This document shows positions 27,290 to 34,978 of a stretch of DNA of 64,000 bases, piece by piece. Under the pieces are notes generated by a model. The model worked only from the letters and a program-made list of their open reading frames with translations, was not told where the DNA came from and made no database searches. The position numbers and the translations under genes are program-made. This DNA comes from a virus: IMG/VR virus record IMGVR_UViG_3300050821_016964, positions 5,794-69,793 of that record; one strand, 5' to 3'. Position 1 is the stretch's first letter, and every line of letters starts with the position of its first letter.

Positions 27290-29355
27290 CGCGTGTTCCT
27301 CGGAGCCCCGTTGGGACCACCCTGGGATGTCGAAGCGCTCGCGTGCTGAGGCGGAGGCGCCGCCCCATTGCGACCTGGCGGCGTGCCACCTGGAGATGAT
27401 GGAGACTCGCTTGTAGGTGCAGGGGGTGGAGGCATAGGTAATTGGAAAAGCGCAGGGTTAAGATCTCGAGTTTTCGCCCAAAAAGCCAACAAATTGTTGA
27501 TCGGCCCGAGCTGGCCGGTGCCCTGGGCGAACTGGTTAAACACCGGCAGCAGGATCTGCATGGCGCTGTCGGCATTGGCCATGTCCCGGTCCCGGTTCGG
27601 CTTGCGGGTCGACCCCGCCTCGATCCGGAACTCAAGCTCGTGCATGCACGCCAGATCCTTCGACGTGACGTGGAGCGCCCACAAGGCGCTGGCCGTCACC
27701 CCCAAGATCGGCAGCACGTCGTTGGGCTCCAGGAGCATCCGGGCGGCGATCCCCTCCTTGCGGGCCGCCTCCGTCATCCAGGCCTCGACTCGCTTCGCCA
27801 TGTCGTCAGGCCGGATGTTCTGGTTCTGCGACTTAATGTCTGACTCGGTGGCGCTCCTGTCCTGCTTCATCTGCGACGTGCCGTAGAAGATCTCGTTCAG
27901 CCCCACCCGCTTGTCAAAGTTCCGCTCCACCGCCTCAATAATCTTCCAGATGTCGGCATTCATCTGAGGGAACTGGAGAATCTGCACGCACTCCCGGATA
28001 TCCCGGTTCTGCGTGTCGAGCTCCACCATCGACAGGTCCGCCCCCTCCAGGACAGTCATCTTCACCTGGTCCGACATCTCCTTGAGGATCGCCACCACGT
28101 CCCGCAGGGTGTTCTTGATCTTGGAGCACACAAAGCTGTATGCCCAGCAGAGGAACCGTAACTCGCCAAGCGCCGCCTTGAGGATACTCTGGGGCCACGG
28201 TGATCGTGGTACCGTGTGAAAATCGAGCACAGAGACGGGCCATAAGATCCCAGCCCCCTTGTTGGGATCGGCCCAGAAGGGAACAGGCCATGCGAGTCGC
28301 TCCTTGATGTGCTGGATACCGTCGCCAGGAGAGCCGTCGCCCAGCATGGGGAGATCCTGGATCTCCGGCGGCAGGTTCAGGGGGAAGTTCACACCCCGGG
28401 CCACCACGAGGTAAACGAAGTCGCCCACCAGGGGGTCCAGGATCTCGCTGTACTCGTTCAGATCGCCCGGCAGGAGATCGCTCTCGCCCCGGCTGATCCC
28501 CGAGCCCGAGAGCCGGCCGCCTACGCCCATGCGGCTATAGATCTCGTAGTAGACCATCAGGTCGTTCGTACGGCCCCGCTGCCGGTCCAGGTACCGACGG
28601 TTCGACTCCACCTCCGTCTGCATGTTGGCGCTCTCATACGCGCCCTTCAAGGAGCCCTTCTTCAGGCCAAACCGCCGCTCGACGGCCCAGATCGGCTGAC
28701 AGATCATCCGGGCGATCCACCACGCTTTGGTGAAGTCTTCGGCATCCGGATCGACGAACAGGAAGTCGACTGAGTCGTAGAAGCTGCCAACCATCTTGGT
28801 CTTCGAACCAGGCGGCGTGATCATGCCCGTCCATAAGCAACCCCTTCCCTTGATGATCGCCTCTTTGATCGCTTGATCCGACTCATCCTTCAAGCCCAAT
28901 TCGTTCGGCGTCCAGTTCAGATACGCACTGAGGAGAAGCGACTTGAGCGCGTCCAGATTGGTCCGGGCCTGTTCCTGCTGCTGGGTCACCATCCAGAGCA
29001 TGGGATCCGGGATGGCCGTGGGCGGGATCTCGACGGGGAGGCGGGGATTGACCTGGCGGATGGGGTTCTGGGCGTAAAGGAGAGGGCCGAAGATCGAGAC
29101 CACCTCAAACATCTTGCAAAGCGTCATCCGGAAGTTGGGCTCTTGCACATCAATCGATACACCACGAGATGCTTGTATGTCTCCCTTGTACACTAAATTA
29201 TTGAAGTTGCCGCCCTCGGGGTGGTAGAAATCGAAACATTCGTCGGCTGTCTTCTGGAAGTGGGCGTCCTTGTACTCCTTCGCCTTCATCAGCTTATCGA
29301 GCCACAGACGGCAGAGTGGCCCAAGTGCAAACTCGCCAGTCGTCGCGGTCTGCAT
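27286..29355 (-). CDS. portal protein (P22-like)
   Basis: 689 aa; 'FVDPDAED', 'RSATESDIK', 'FRIEAGSTRKPN', Pro-rich tail; downstream of terminase. Confidence 0.85.
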   Translation of the reverse strand: MQTATTGEFALGPLCRLWLDKLMKAKEYKDAHFQKTADECFDFYHPEGGNFNNLVYKGDIQASRGVSIDVQEPNFRMTLCKMFEVVSIFGPLLYAQNPIRQVNPRLPVEIPPTAIPDPMLWMVTQQQEQARTNLDALKSLLLSAYLNWTPNELGLKDESDQAIKEAIIKGRGCLWTGMITPPGSKTKMVGSFYDSVDFLFVDPDAEDFTKAWWIARMICQPIWAVERRFGLKKGSLKGAYESANMQTEVESNRRYLDRQRGRTNDLMVYYEIYSRMGVGGRLSGSGISRGESDLLPGDLNEYSEILDPLVGDFVYLVVARGVNFPLNLPPEIQDLPMLGDGSPGDGIQHIKERLAWPVPFWADPNKGAGILWPVSVLDFHTVPRSPWPQSILKAALGELRFLCWAYSFVCSKIKNTLRDVVAILKEMSDQVKMTVLEGADLSMVELDTQNRDIRECVQILQFPQMNADIWKIIEAVERNFDKRVGLNEIFYGTSQMKQDRSATESDIKSQNQNIRPDDMAKRVEAWMTEAARKEGIAARMLLEPNDVLPILGVTASALWALHVTSKDLACMHELEFRIEAGSTRKPNRDRDMANADSAMQILLPVFNQFAQGTGQLGPINNLLAFWAKTRDLNPALFQLPMPPPPAPTSESPSSPGGTPPGRNGAAPPPQHASASTSQGGPNGAPRNTR

Positions 29356-29364
29356 CGATCACCC

Positions 29365-29718
29365 CTACAGCGGAGATGTGCCAGCCAGGGAGGGGGCAAC
29401 GCGAACCGCCGCCTTCTTCGCCTCAAACGCGGCGAGCACCTCGTTGATCGCAACGTCGCGTGGCGTCAGCTCCCAGACGCCACCTTCGTGGTTCGGGTTC
29501 TGCTTGAGCCAGGGATCATCCTTGTGGTGCGCGCCCAGCCGGAAGGTGTGGTCCTTGGTGTTGGTCGTGTGCAGCGCGAGACTGATCGTCTTCTCGCCGA
29601 CAGCGATCACCACCCCCGTGCTCGCCATCGGGCCTGCCCGGTTCCAGTTCCAGAGCACGGTCATGCCGAGCTCGACTCGCGGCATCTTCCACTCAGGTTC
29701 ATGGGTTCCGTTCTTCAC
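29365..29718 (-). CDS. hypothetical protein
   Basis: GGAG RBS, GTG start. Confidence 0.5.
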   Translation of the reverse strand: MKNGTHEPEWKMPRVELGMTVLWNWNRAGPMASTGVVIAVGEKTISLALHTTNTKDHTFRLGAHHKDDPWLKQNPNHEGGVWELTPRDVAINEVLAAFEAKKAAVRVAPSLAGTSPL

Positions 29719-29975
29719 GGGAAAACTCCTGGCTTGAACGCAGCCGCATTGATCAGGTCCAGCATCGCCTGAACCACGACGATCAGAAAGGGTCGGCTCC
29801 GCGCGTCCGGAAAGACCTCGGTGGCGTTGGCGAGCACGGCCGTCAAGAACGCGCCCTTGGTCCAGCCCTTCTCGAAAACCTGCCACGCCACATTCTCCAG
29901 CGCAACCAGGTTCACCTCGCCTGGAAGCACCGTCATGACGAGTTTGATCGCTGCCCAGATCTCAGGCCAGAGCAT
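29715..29975 (-). CDS. small hydrophobic protein (holin-like candidate)
   Basis: GGAGG RBS, hydrophobic segments. Confidence 0.4.
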   Translation of the reverse strand: MLWPEIWAAIKLVMTVLPGEVNLVALENVAWQVFEKGWTKGAFLTAVLANATEVFPDARSRPFLIVVVQAMLDLINAAAFKPGVFP

Positions 29976-30020
29976 CAGGAACCTCCCTCGGGATAAGACG
30001 TTTCGTCGAGAGTACCAGAA

Positions 30021-31487
30021 TCACGGCACATGGGGAAGCGCCCCGGCCATGCGCGCCTTCCACCGCCCGTTCGAGAAGGTCCCCGGGGCATAGTCACGGC
30101 TCTCGGCCTCCTTCAAGATCGCCTGGCACTCGGCGGGGGAGGGGAGATAGCCGGTCCGCTGCATGAACTGGAGCTTGAGCCGGTAGTAGTGGTCGAAGAT
30201 CCGGTTCGACAGCCACCGGTCCTTGAGGTCGTAGTGAAGTGTGCGCTTGTAATCATTGTGCTTGATCGTGCTGGCCGTCTCGCCCGGAAACGTCCCGGCC
30301 CGGATGCCAAAGTGCCTGAGCATCAGGTAGAACAGCGTGTCATCGCAGCCCCAGCCCTGGAGCGTCTCGTCGTACCCGCCGGCCGCGAAGTAGGACGCCG
30401 GATGCAGGACGACGGAGCCCCCCATGTGGGAGCGAAGCGGGGCGGCGATGTGGTAGTGGTTCTCCCGGAACGTGCGCCTGACCTCAGTCGCCCAGGAGGG
30501 CTCCACGAGCACGTCGGCATCGAGGAAGGCCCAGATCTCATTGGACCGCTCGGCGTGGCCACCTGGCAGATCTCCAGCCGCGTGGCGAGCTCCGGCGTTC
30601 CGGGCCGCGCCCAGGTTGAACTTCTCCTTGCCGGAAACCGTGATGACCTGAGCCCGGGGATCGTTCAGGCTCCGCACCCAGTCCCCCGTGCCGTGGGGGC
30701 ACGACCAGTCGACCACAAGGACGAAGACCTTGGGTTGATCGAGCCAGCGGGGAACCGTCTGCTTGAGGTGATCGAGCCGGCTCATGCAGGTCGTGATGAT
30801 CCGGATCGGCGCGTCCGTGGTGAACGAGTATCCCGTCTCGACCTTGTGCGGGTGGGTGACGGCGTAGGGGAATCCCTGGTTCGGCGGTGCCACCTTGGCC
30901 CGGGAGCCGATCTCGTGCCAGGGGCCAAAGGGGATCTCCAGGCTCCGGAGCACATACACCAGGATCTCGTCCAGCCCCAGGCGACCAAGCGGGTACCAGA
31001 GGTGAATCTCCTCCTTGTCGTCGCAAAATGGCCAGATCTCCTGAAGCTCCGGCGAGTCGAGGATGCCCGAGGCCAGGATCTTCTCGGCCGCCTTCCGGGA
31101 GAACACCACACCCCCCCCGCTGATCCGCTCGCTGATCTCCCCCCGGTTCAGAACCGTTCCCGCCACCGGGTACTGGGGGATCGACCGCAGCGGACGCCAG
31201 AACCGGGTATCAGGGTCAACACGAAGAATCCAGGGAACATCCATGCTCAGACCCGCCGTCAGCATCCGGGACCACCACTGCCCTCCACACTCAGCCCGCC
31301 GGAGATAGAATCCATCCAAGTAGCGCGCCTTGTGCTGCTCGCAGAGCGCGGCGTAAGGCGGACAGTCCACGCCGTCCGAAAGAACCTGCACCGGCGCGTC
31401 GGGTGCACTGGCCCTCAGGTTCCGCAAGCAGTAATCTAGCTGCACTGGGCCTTCAGCGGCGACGGTCAGAACAACCCCGAAATTCAT
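30021..31487 (-). CDS. two-domain GT-A glycosyltransferase (GT2/GT7-like)
   Basis: RVDPDT and FLDADV DxD motifs, 'VVDWSC', 'FNLGAARNAG', 'GGYDETLQGWGCDD'. Confidence 0.8.
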   Translation of the reverse strand: MNFGVVLTVAAEGPVQLDYCLRNLRASAPDAPVQVLSDGVDCPPYAALCEQHKARYLDGFYLRRAECGGQWWSRMLTAGLSMDVPWILRVDPDTRFWRPLRSIPQYPVAGTVLNRGEISERISGGGVVFSRKAAEKILASGILDSPELQEIWPFCDDKEEIHLWYPLGRLGLDEILVYVLRSLEIPFGPWHEIGSRAKVAPPNQGFPYAVTHPHKVETGYSFTTDAPIRIITTCMSRLDHLKQTVPRWLDQPKVFVLVVDWSCPHGTGDWVRSLNDPRAQVITVSGKEKFNLGAARNAGARHAAGDLPGGHAERSNEIWAFLDADVLVEPSWATEVRRTFRENHYHIAAPLRSHMGGSVVLHPASYFAAGGYDETLQGWGCDDTLFYLMLRHFGIRAGTFPGETASTIKHNDYKRTLHYDLKDRWLSNRIFDHYYRLKLQFMQRTGYLPSPAECQAILKEAESRDYAPGTFSNGRWKARMAGALPHVP

Positions 31488-31496
31488 AGGTGTCTC

Positions 31497-32048
31497 GTGA
31501 ACAAGGTGCTAGGAATCGGGCTAAATCGCACGGGAACCAAGAGCCTCAACAAGGCACTCCGCCAACTGGGCTTCAACGTCCACCACTATCCTTCGGACTC
31601 GATCACCGCCATGGAGGTCGTCTCGGGACGCCCCTACTCGATCCTCGAACGGTGCGACGGGCTGACGGATCTGCACGCCACGGTGCGGTTCAAGGAACTC
31701 GACGAGCAGTACCCGGGGTCCAAGTTCATCATGACTCTGCGATGGCATGGAACATGGCTCGATTCCTGCCGCCGGCACTTTGAGTACTACAAGGCCAATC
31801 CTGATGCTCAGCCTATCCGAAGCATGAGCCGCACACTTCACCTGAAAGCCTACGGCGCCGACGAATACGATGAAGCCACCTTCCAGGCGGCATACCAGAG
31901 GCATTCCCACGAGGTCGCCGAACATCTAGGAAGACAAGGACCTGAGAAATTGCTCCTCCTGGATGTCGTCGGCGGCCAAGGCTGGGAGAAGCTCTGTCCC
32001 TTCCTCGGCGTCCCGATCCCCGACCGGCCCTTCCCAGTCACACGCTAG
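31497..32048 (+). CDS. sulfotransferase-family protein
   Basis: 'KVLGIGLNRTGTKSL..AL..LG', 'YPGSKFIMTLR', 'GWEKLCPFLGVPIPDRPFP'. Confidence 0.85.
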   Translation: MNKVLGIGLNRTGTKSLNKALRQLGFNVHHYPSDSITAMEVVSGRPYSILERCDGLTDLHATVRFKELDEQYPGSKFIMTLRWHGTWLDSCRRHFEYYKANPDAQPIRSMSRTLHLKAYGADEYDEATFQAAYQRHSHEVAEHLGRQGPEKLLLLDVVGGQGWEKLCPFLGVPIPDRPFPVTR

Positions 32049-32263
32049 ACCAAGCCGATGGCGAGCACCTGCTGAGCGATCCCCGACGCTCGCGAGTCCT
32101 TGGGATCGAACCACAGGATCTCCGGCGCACCGGGCGCTGCGCCCGAGCAGGCGTCCACGATGGTCGCGCTGTCAACCGCCATGTACGCGACGTCGTTCCA
32201 TGCCCGGATCACCAGGGGCGTCTCATCGGGCACGTTGAGCTTCTTGAACTCGCCGAACGTCAC
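32045..32263 (-). CDS. hypothetical protein
   Basis: GGAGG RBS, GTG start. Confidence 0.45.
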   Translation of the reverse strand: MTFGEFKKLNVPDETPLVIRAWNDVAYMAVDSATIVDACSGAAPGAPEILWFDPKDSRASGIAQQVLAIGLV

Positions 32264-32805
32264 CGAAAACCTCCGAGCAGGCCAACCTGCCGACAGCCGT
32301 CCGGTCCACACACGGTTGCGGAAGCACCAGGAACCGGCGCATAGGTCACTGGAGGCAGAGCCGGCGCTACCGGCACGACGGATGTCGGTATCGTGTAAGT
32401 CCGCGTTATCGTCACTGGCGCCACCTCGGACGTCCTGACAACCTTGCGGGCCGGTCCCCGCGCCCGTGCGTTCCGCAGTTCGATCCAGTTCATCAGCCGA
32501 GTCTGGTCGGTATCCTCCCAGTCGAAACCGGAGACGTCCCGCGCCACGTACACCCGCACCGGAGGCGGAGCTGGCTCATGAATGATCTGGGGCGCAGGCG
32601 GCGGTTGAGCCGCAAGCCTGGACAACCTATTATCGATCGCCACGATCTCAGCCATCAATCTTCCGATCGCCTCCATCGTCTCGTGCCGGTCCGCCGCCAT
32701 CCGCTCGATGACGGCAGCCGACCGGTCCACGGGAGGAGGCGGAGGCGCCACGGGAGAGCCGAACATCCCCTGGCCAAGAACCGCAATAAACAGGAGCGTG
32801 ATCAC
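32260..32805 (-). CDS. secreted/membrane Pro-rich protein
   Basis: N-terminal signal-like segment, C-terminal CGPDGC. Confidence 0.55.
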   Translation of the reverse strand: MITLLFIAVLGQGMFGSPVAPPPPPVDRSAAVIERMAADRHETMEAIGRLMAEIVAIDNRLSRLAAQPPPAPQIIHEPAPPPVRVYVARDVSGFDWEDTDQTRLMNWIELRNARARGPARKVVRTSEVAPVTITRTYTIPTSVVPVAPALPPVTYAPVPGASATVCGPDGCRQVGLLGGFR

Positions 32806-33698
32806 GATATTCCTCCCTCAGTCGAAGTTGCCGTAGTTCCATGGCGTCGGTGGTGGCGGTGGTGGTGGCGGTGGGCTTGGCCCGGGTCCGGGCCCCGGGG
32901 AGGGATGGGAGGCACCTGCCCACCTCGGAGGGCAGCGAGATCCGCCTGGAGTGCGACCTTGTCGACTCCGAACGGGTCCAGATCACCGTTCGAATACCAG
33001 TCCGGCGAGAGTTGCGCGTAGCACTCCTCCACCCACGCCGGGTTGACGAGAGCCGCCTTGGTGATCGTTCGCGTCGACGCCCAGGTGCAGATAGGAACCC
33101 CTGACTTGTTATAGCCGCAGCTACACACACAGTGCCCACCAGCGATCTGGGCGGCCGCCCCCGTCACGACGTCCCAGAGGTTCGGCGCCGTCGTCCACCC
33201 CTGGGGCAGGTTGATCCCAAAGGTCAGAGGGCCGAAGAGGACCATCGCGACCTGGAGCTCCAGCCAGTTGGTCCAGTCCACCGAAACGTAATCGTCGTAC
33301 TTATGAACCGCGCCCGCCAGGGTCAGCCCAGTCGCCTTGGTGTAATCGAGAACGTCTGTGATCACACAGCCGTTGTCGCCCGGTCCGCAGATCGTCGTGT
33401 AGGAGTTCCCCGTCTCCGCGTCGGTGGCGATCACCGGGGTTCCCGACTCGTTCCCGGTGTAGATGCCGATCTCGTGCTCGACGGCGGCAATGACGCAGTC
33501 GCCATCCTGATCGTTCAAATACATCTGAGCGATCGCCGACGTCGCCTTCCCGCTCAGGTCCAGCGTGTCCGGTGGCGCGGCCGTGGCCCCGAACCGAAGA
33601 TAATCCCGCAGCCGGAGGACCACCTTCTCCGAGCGCGGAGGACGCCGCCCGAGATGCACCACTCGTCCGTCGTGAAGCGTGACTCTCTCGACTGGCAT
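32802..33698 (-). CDS. papain-like cysteine peptidase (possible lysis enzyme)
   Basis: 'MYLNDQDGDCVIAA' (Cys), 'GGHCV' (His), 'TWA'. Confidence 0.7.
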   Translation of the reverse strand: MPVERVTLHDGRVVHLGRRPPRSEKVVLRLRDYLRFGATAAPPDTLDLSGKATSAIAQMYLNDQDGDCVIAAVEHEIGIYTGNESGTPVIATDAETGNSYTTICGPGDNGCVITDVLDYTKATGLTLAGAVHKYDDYVSVDWTNWLELQVAMVLFGPLTFGINLPQGWTTAPNLWDVVTGAAAQIAGGHCVCSCGYNKSGVPICTWASTRTITKAALVNPAWVEECYAQLSPDWYSNGDLDPFGVDKVALQADLAALRGGQVPPIPPRGPDPGQAHRHHHRHHRRHGTTATSTEGGIS

Positions 33699-33707
33699 CG
33701 GACCTCC

Positions 33708-34148
33708 CTACAAAGGCCACCACCAGCGCAGGCCGGCGGCGTGATCAAAGAACTTCTGAGCATACGCCGCCCGCGTGGCCGCGTCCTTGGGCTCGGTCCC
33801 CGCAGGCACCAGGGCCGAGAAGGGCCCCGAGTACTTCTGGAAGAACGCCGCCTGCCGGGCCGTGGTCGCCGTCGTCTGGAGCGCGGCCAGAGCCGCCTCG
33901 ACGGTCCCTCCTGCCGCGATCACGTTCCCCGCCGCCGTGAAGCCGTCCGCTTCTGCGCTACACACGTCCGTCCGGTTCCGGTGCCCATCCCGGATCTCCG
34001 GCACATCGGTCCAGAAGAAACCGGCGACTCCGCGGTTGTCCCAGAGGACGACCAGGGAGAGCAGCACGATCACCACCCATTGCCAGTTAATGGACGTGGG
34101 CAGCGAGATGGCGAATCGGCGGCGGGTCGGAAACGAGATGTACGACAT
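33708..34148 (-). CDS. membrane-anchored hypothetical protein (start uncertain)
   Basis: TM segment WQWVVIVLLSLVVLW. Confidence 0.5.
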   Translation of the reverse strand: MSYISFPTRRRFAISLPTSINWQWVVIVLLSLVVLWDNRGVAGFFWTDVPEIRDGHRNRTDVCSAEADGFTAAGNVIAAGGTVEAALAALQTTATTARQAAFFQKYSGPFSALVPAGTEPKDAATRAAYAQKFFDHAAGLRWWWPL

Positions 34149-34641
34149 GCGGCTTTTCCTTCGGCGCTTTCGACTCATGGTGACGCACCACGGGTGAAGG
34201 GGCAAGACCCGCCGGCGCGGCCGCAGCGACCGCCGAAGTCATTGCAGCCGGCGCCGGCAGGATGGGTACGGGGTCCGGCGCGACTGACGCCTGTGTACCT
34301 CCAGGCATCACGGTTACGCCGAAGTACCCGTATCCCTTGTAGCCGATCGCGTCGGTCACGATCACGGAGACGACGTAGTTTCCAGGCACCGCATAAACGT
34401 GTTCCAGATCGAAGGATTGACCCTGAAGGCCAAGCGCCTCTGATCCTGAGCCGTCGCCGTAGTCGACAGTGGCTGTGCAGGAGCTTGGGGCTGGGTCGGT
34501 GAAGACTCCGGCCCGGCAGAATTCTCCGGGCGTGATGATGGCGTTGATTCCGGCATCGACCACCGGGGGGATAGGTTCGATCAGCGGTGCCAGGAGACTC
34601 CGGCACTCAAGCCGATCGAAGGTGAGGGGACGAATCTTCAA
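34087..34641 (-). CDS. PKD-domain protein with planctomycete LEPR-XLL-like motif
   Basis: 'RPLTFDRLECRSLLA'; 'TATVDYGDGSG...HVYAVPGNYVVSVIVTD'. Confidence 0.75.
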   Translation of the reverse strand: MKIRPLTFDRLECRSLLAPLIEPIPPVVDAGINAIITPGEFCRAGVFTDPAPSSCTATVDYGDGSGSEALGLQGQSFDLEHVYAVPGNYVVSVIVTDAIGYKGYGYFGVTVMPGGTQASVAPDPVPILPAPAAMTSAVAAAAPAGLAPSPVVRHHESKAPKEKPHVVHLVSDPPPIRHLAAHVH

Positions 34642-34644
34642 GAG

Positions 34645-34743
34645 TGTCTCCGGTGGGATTCAAACCCACAGACACGGTGCCTTGCGTTCCTATCTACCCG
34701 CGGCATTTCGCGTCGGCCTTTTGAGAACGGGCACTTCAGAGAC
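34645..34743 (-). ncRNA. tRNA-like structured RNA (acceptor stem and T-arm, no D/anticodon arm)
   Basis: GTCTCTG/CGGAGAC+A acceptor, GTGGG-TTTGAAT-CCCAC T-arm, central GTGCC/GGCAC and CGTTC/GAACG helices. Confidence 0.5.
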
Positions 34744-34811
34744 GCCGCATTTCCGTGGACCGCAACCCACTAGGGCGCGTGCTCTCTTCGCTGAGCGGCA
34801 GAGACAGAGAC

Positions 34812-34840
34812 AGCCTACCACGATTCTCCCAGATGTGCAA
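34812..34840 (-). promoter_or_regulatory. sigma70-type promoter TTGCAC-N17-TAGGCT (extended -10)
   Basis: Exact 17-nt spacing; same GTGGTAGGCT as the promoter at 40813-40822. Confidence 0.6.
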
Positions 34841-34845
34841 ACGAC

Positions 34846-34947
34846 GTCGCCCGGCACTTCCGAGAAGCACCGAGCGACAGAGGGATCGTACGCGACCTAC
34901 AAGTCCATCAAGTTTCAATCCGCCCCCAGAGTTAAATCCAGGGGAAC
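34846..34947 (-). CRISPR. mini-CRISPR unit A: one repeat, 33-nt terminase-derived spacer, hairpin
   Basis: Repeat 34912-34947 = GTTCCCCTGGATTTAACTCTGGGGGCGGATTGAAAC; spacer 34879-34911; 15-bp hairpin 34846-34878 that pairs fully (G-U) only on the minus strand. Confidence 0.8.
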
Positions 34948-34949
34948 TC

Positions 34950-34978
34950 ATTCTCTCAATAACCACAAATTAGGTCAA
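34950..34978 (-). promoter_or_regulatory. promoter of mini-CRISPR unit A, TTGACC-N17-GAGAAT
   Basis: 17-nt spacing, TGn extension, abuts the repeat; -35 overlaps terL stop. Confidence 0.65.

Noticed and set aside
34645-34743. Canonical tRNA gene
   Set aside because: No D-arm or 7-nt anticodon loop, T-loop is TTTGAAT, and no CCA is encoded; reported only as tRNA-like.
34835-34878. Hairpin after spacer A as a second full CRISPR repeat
   Set aside because: Starts GTCGC but lacks the ATTGAAAC end and has a different stem. The TTGCAC is better explained as a -35 box, so it is treated as a 3' hairpin.
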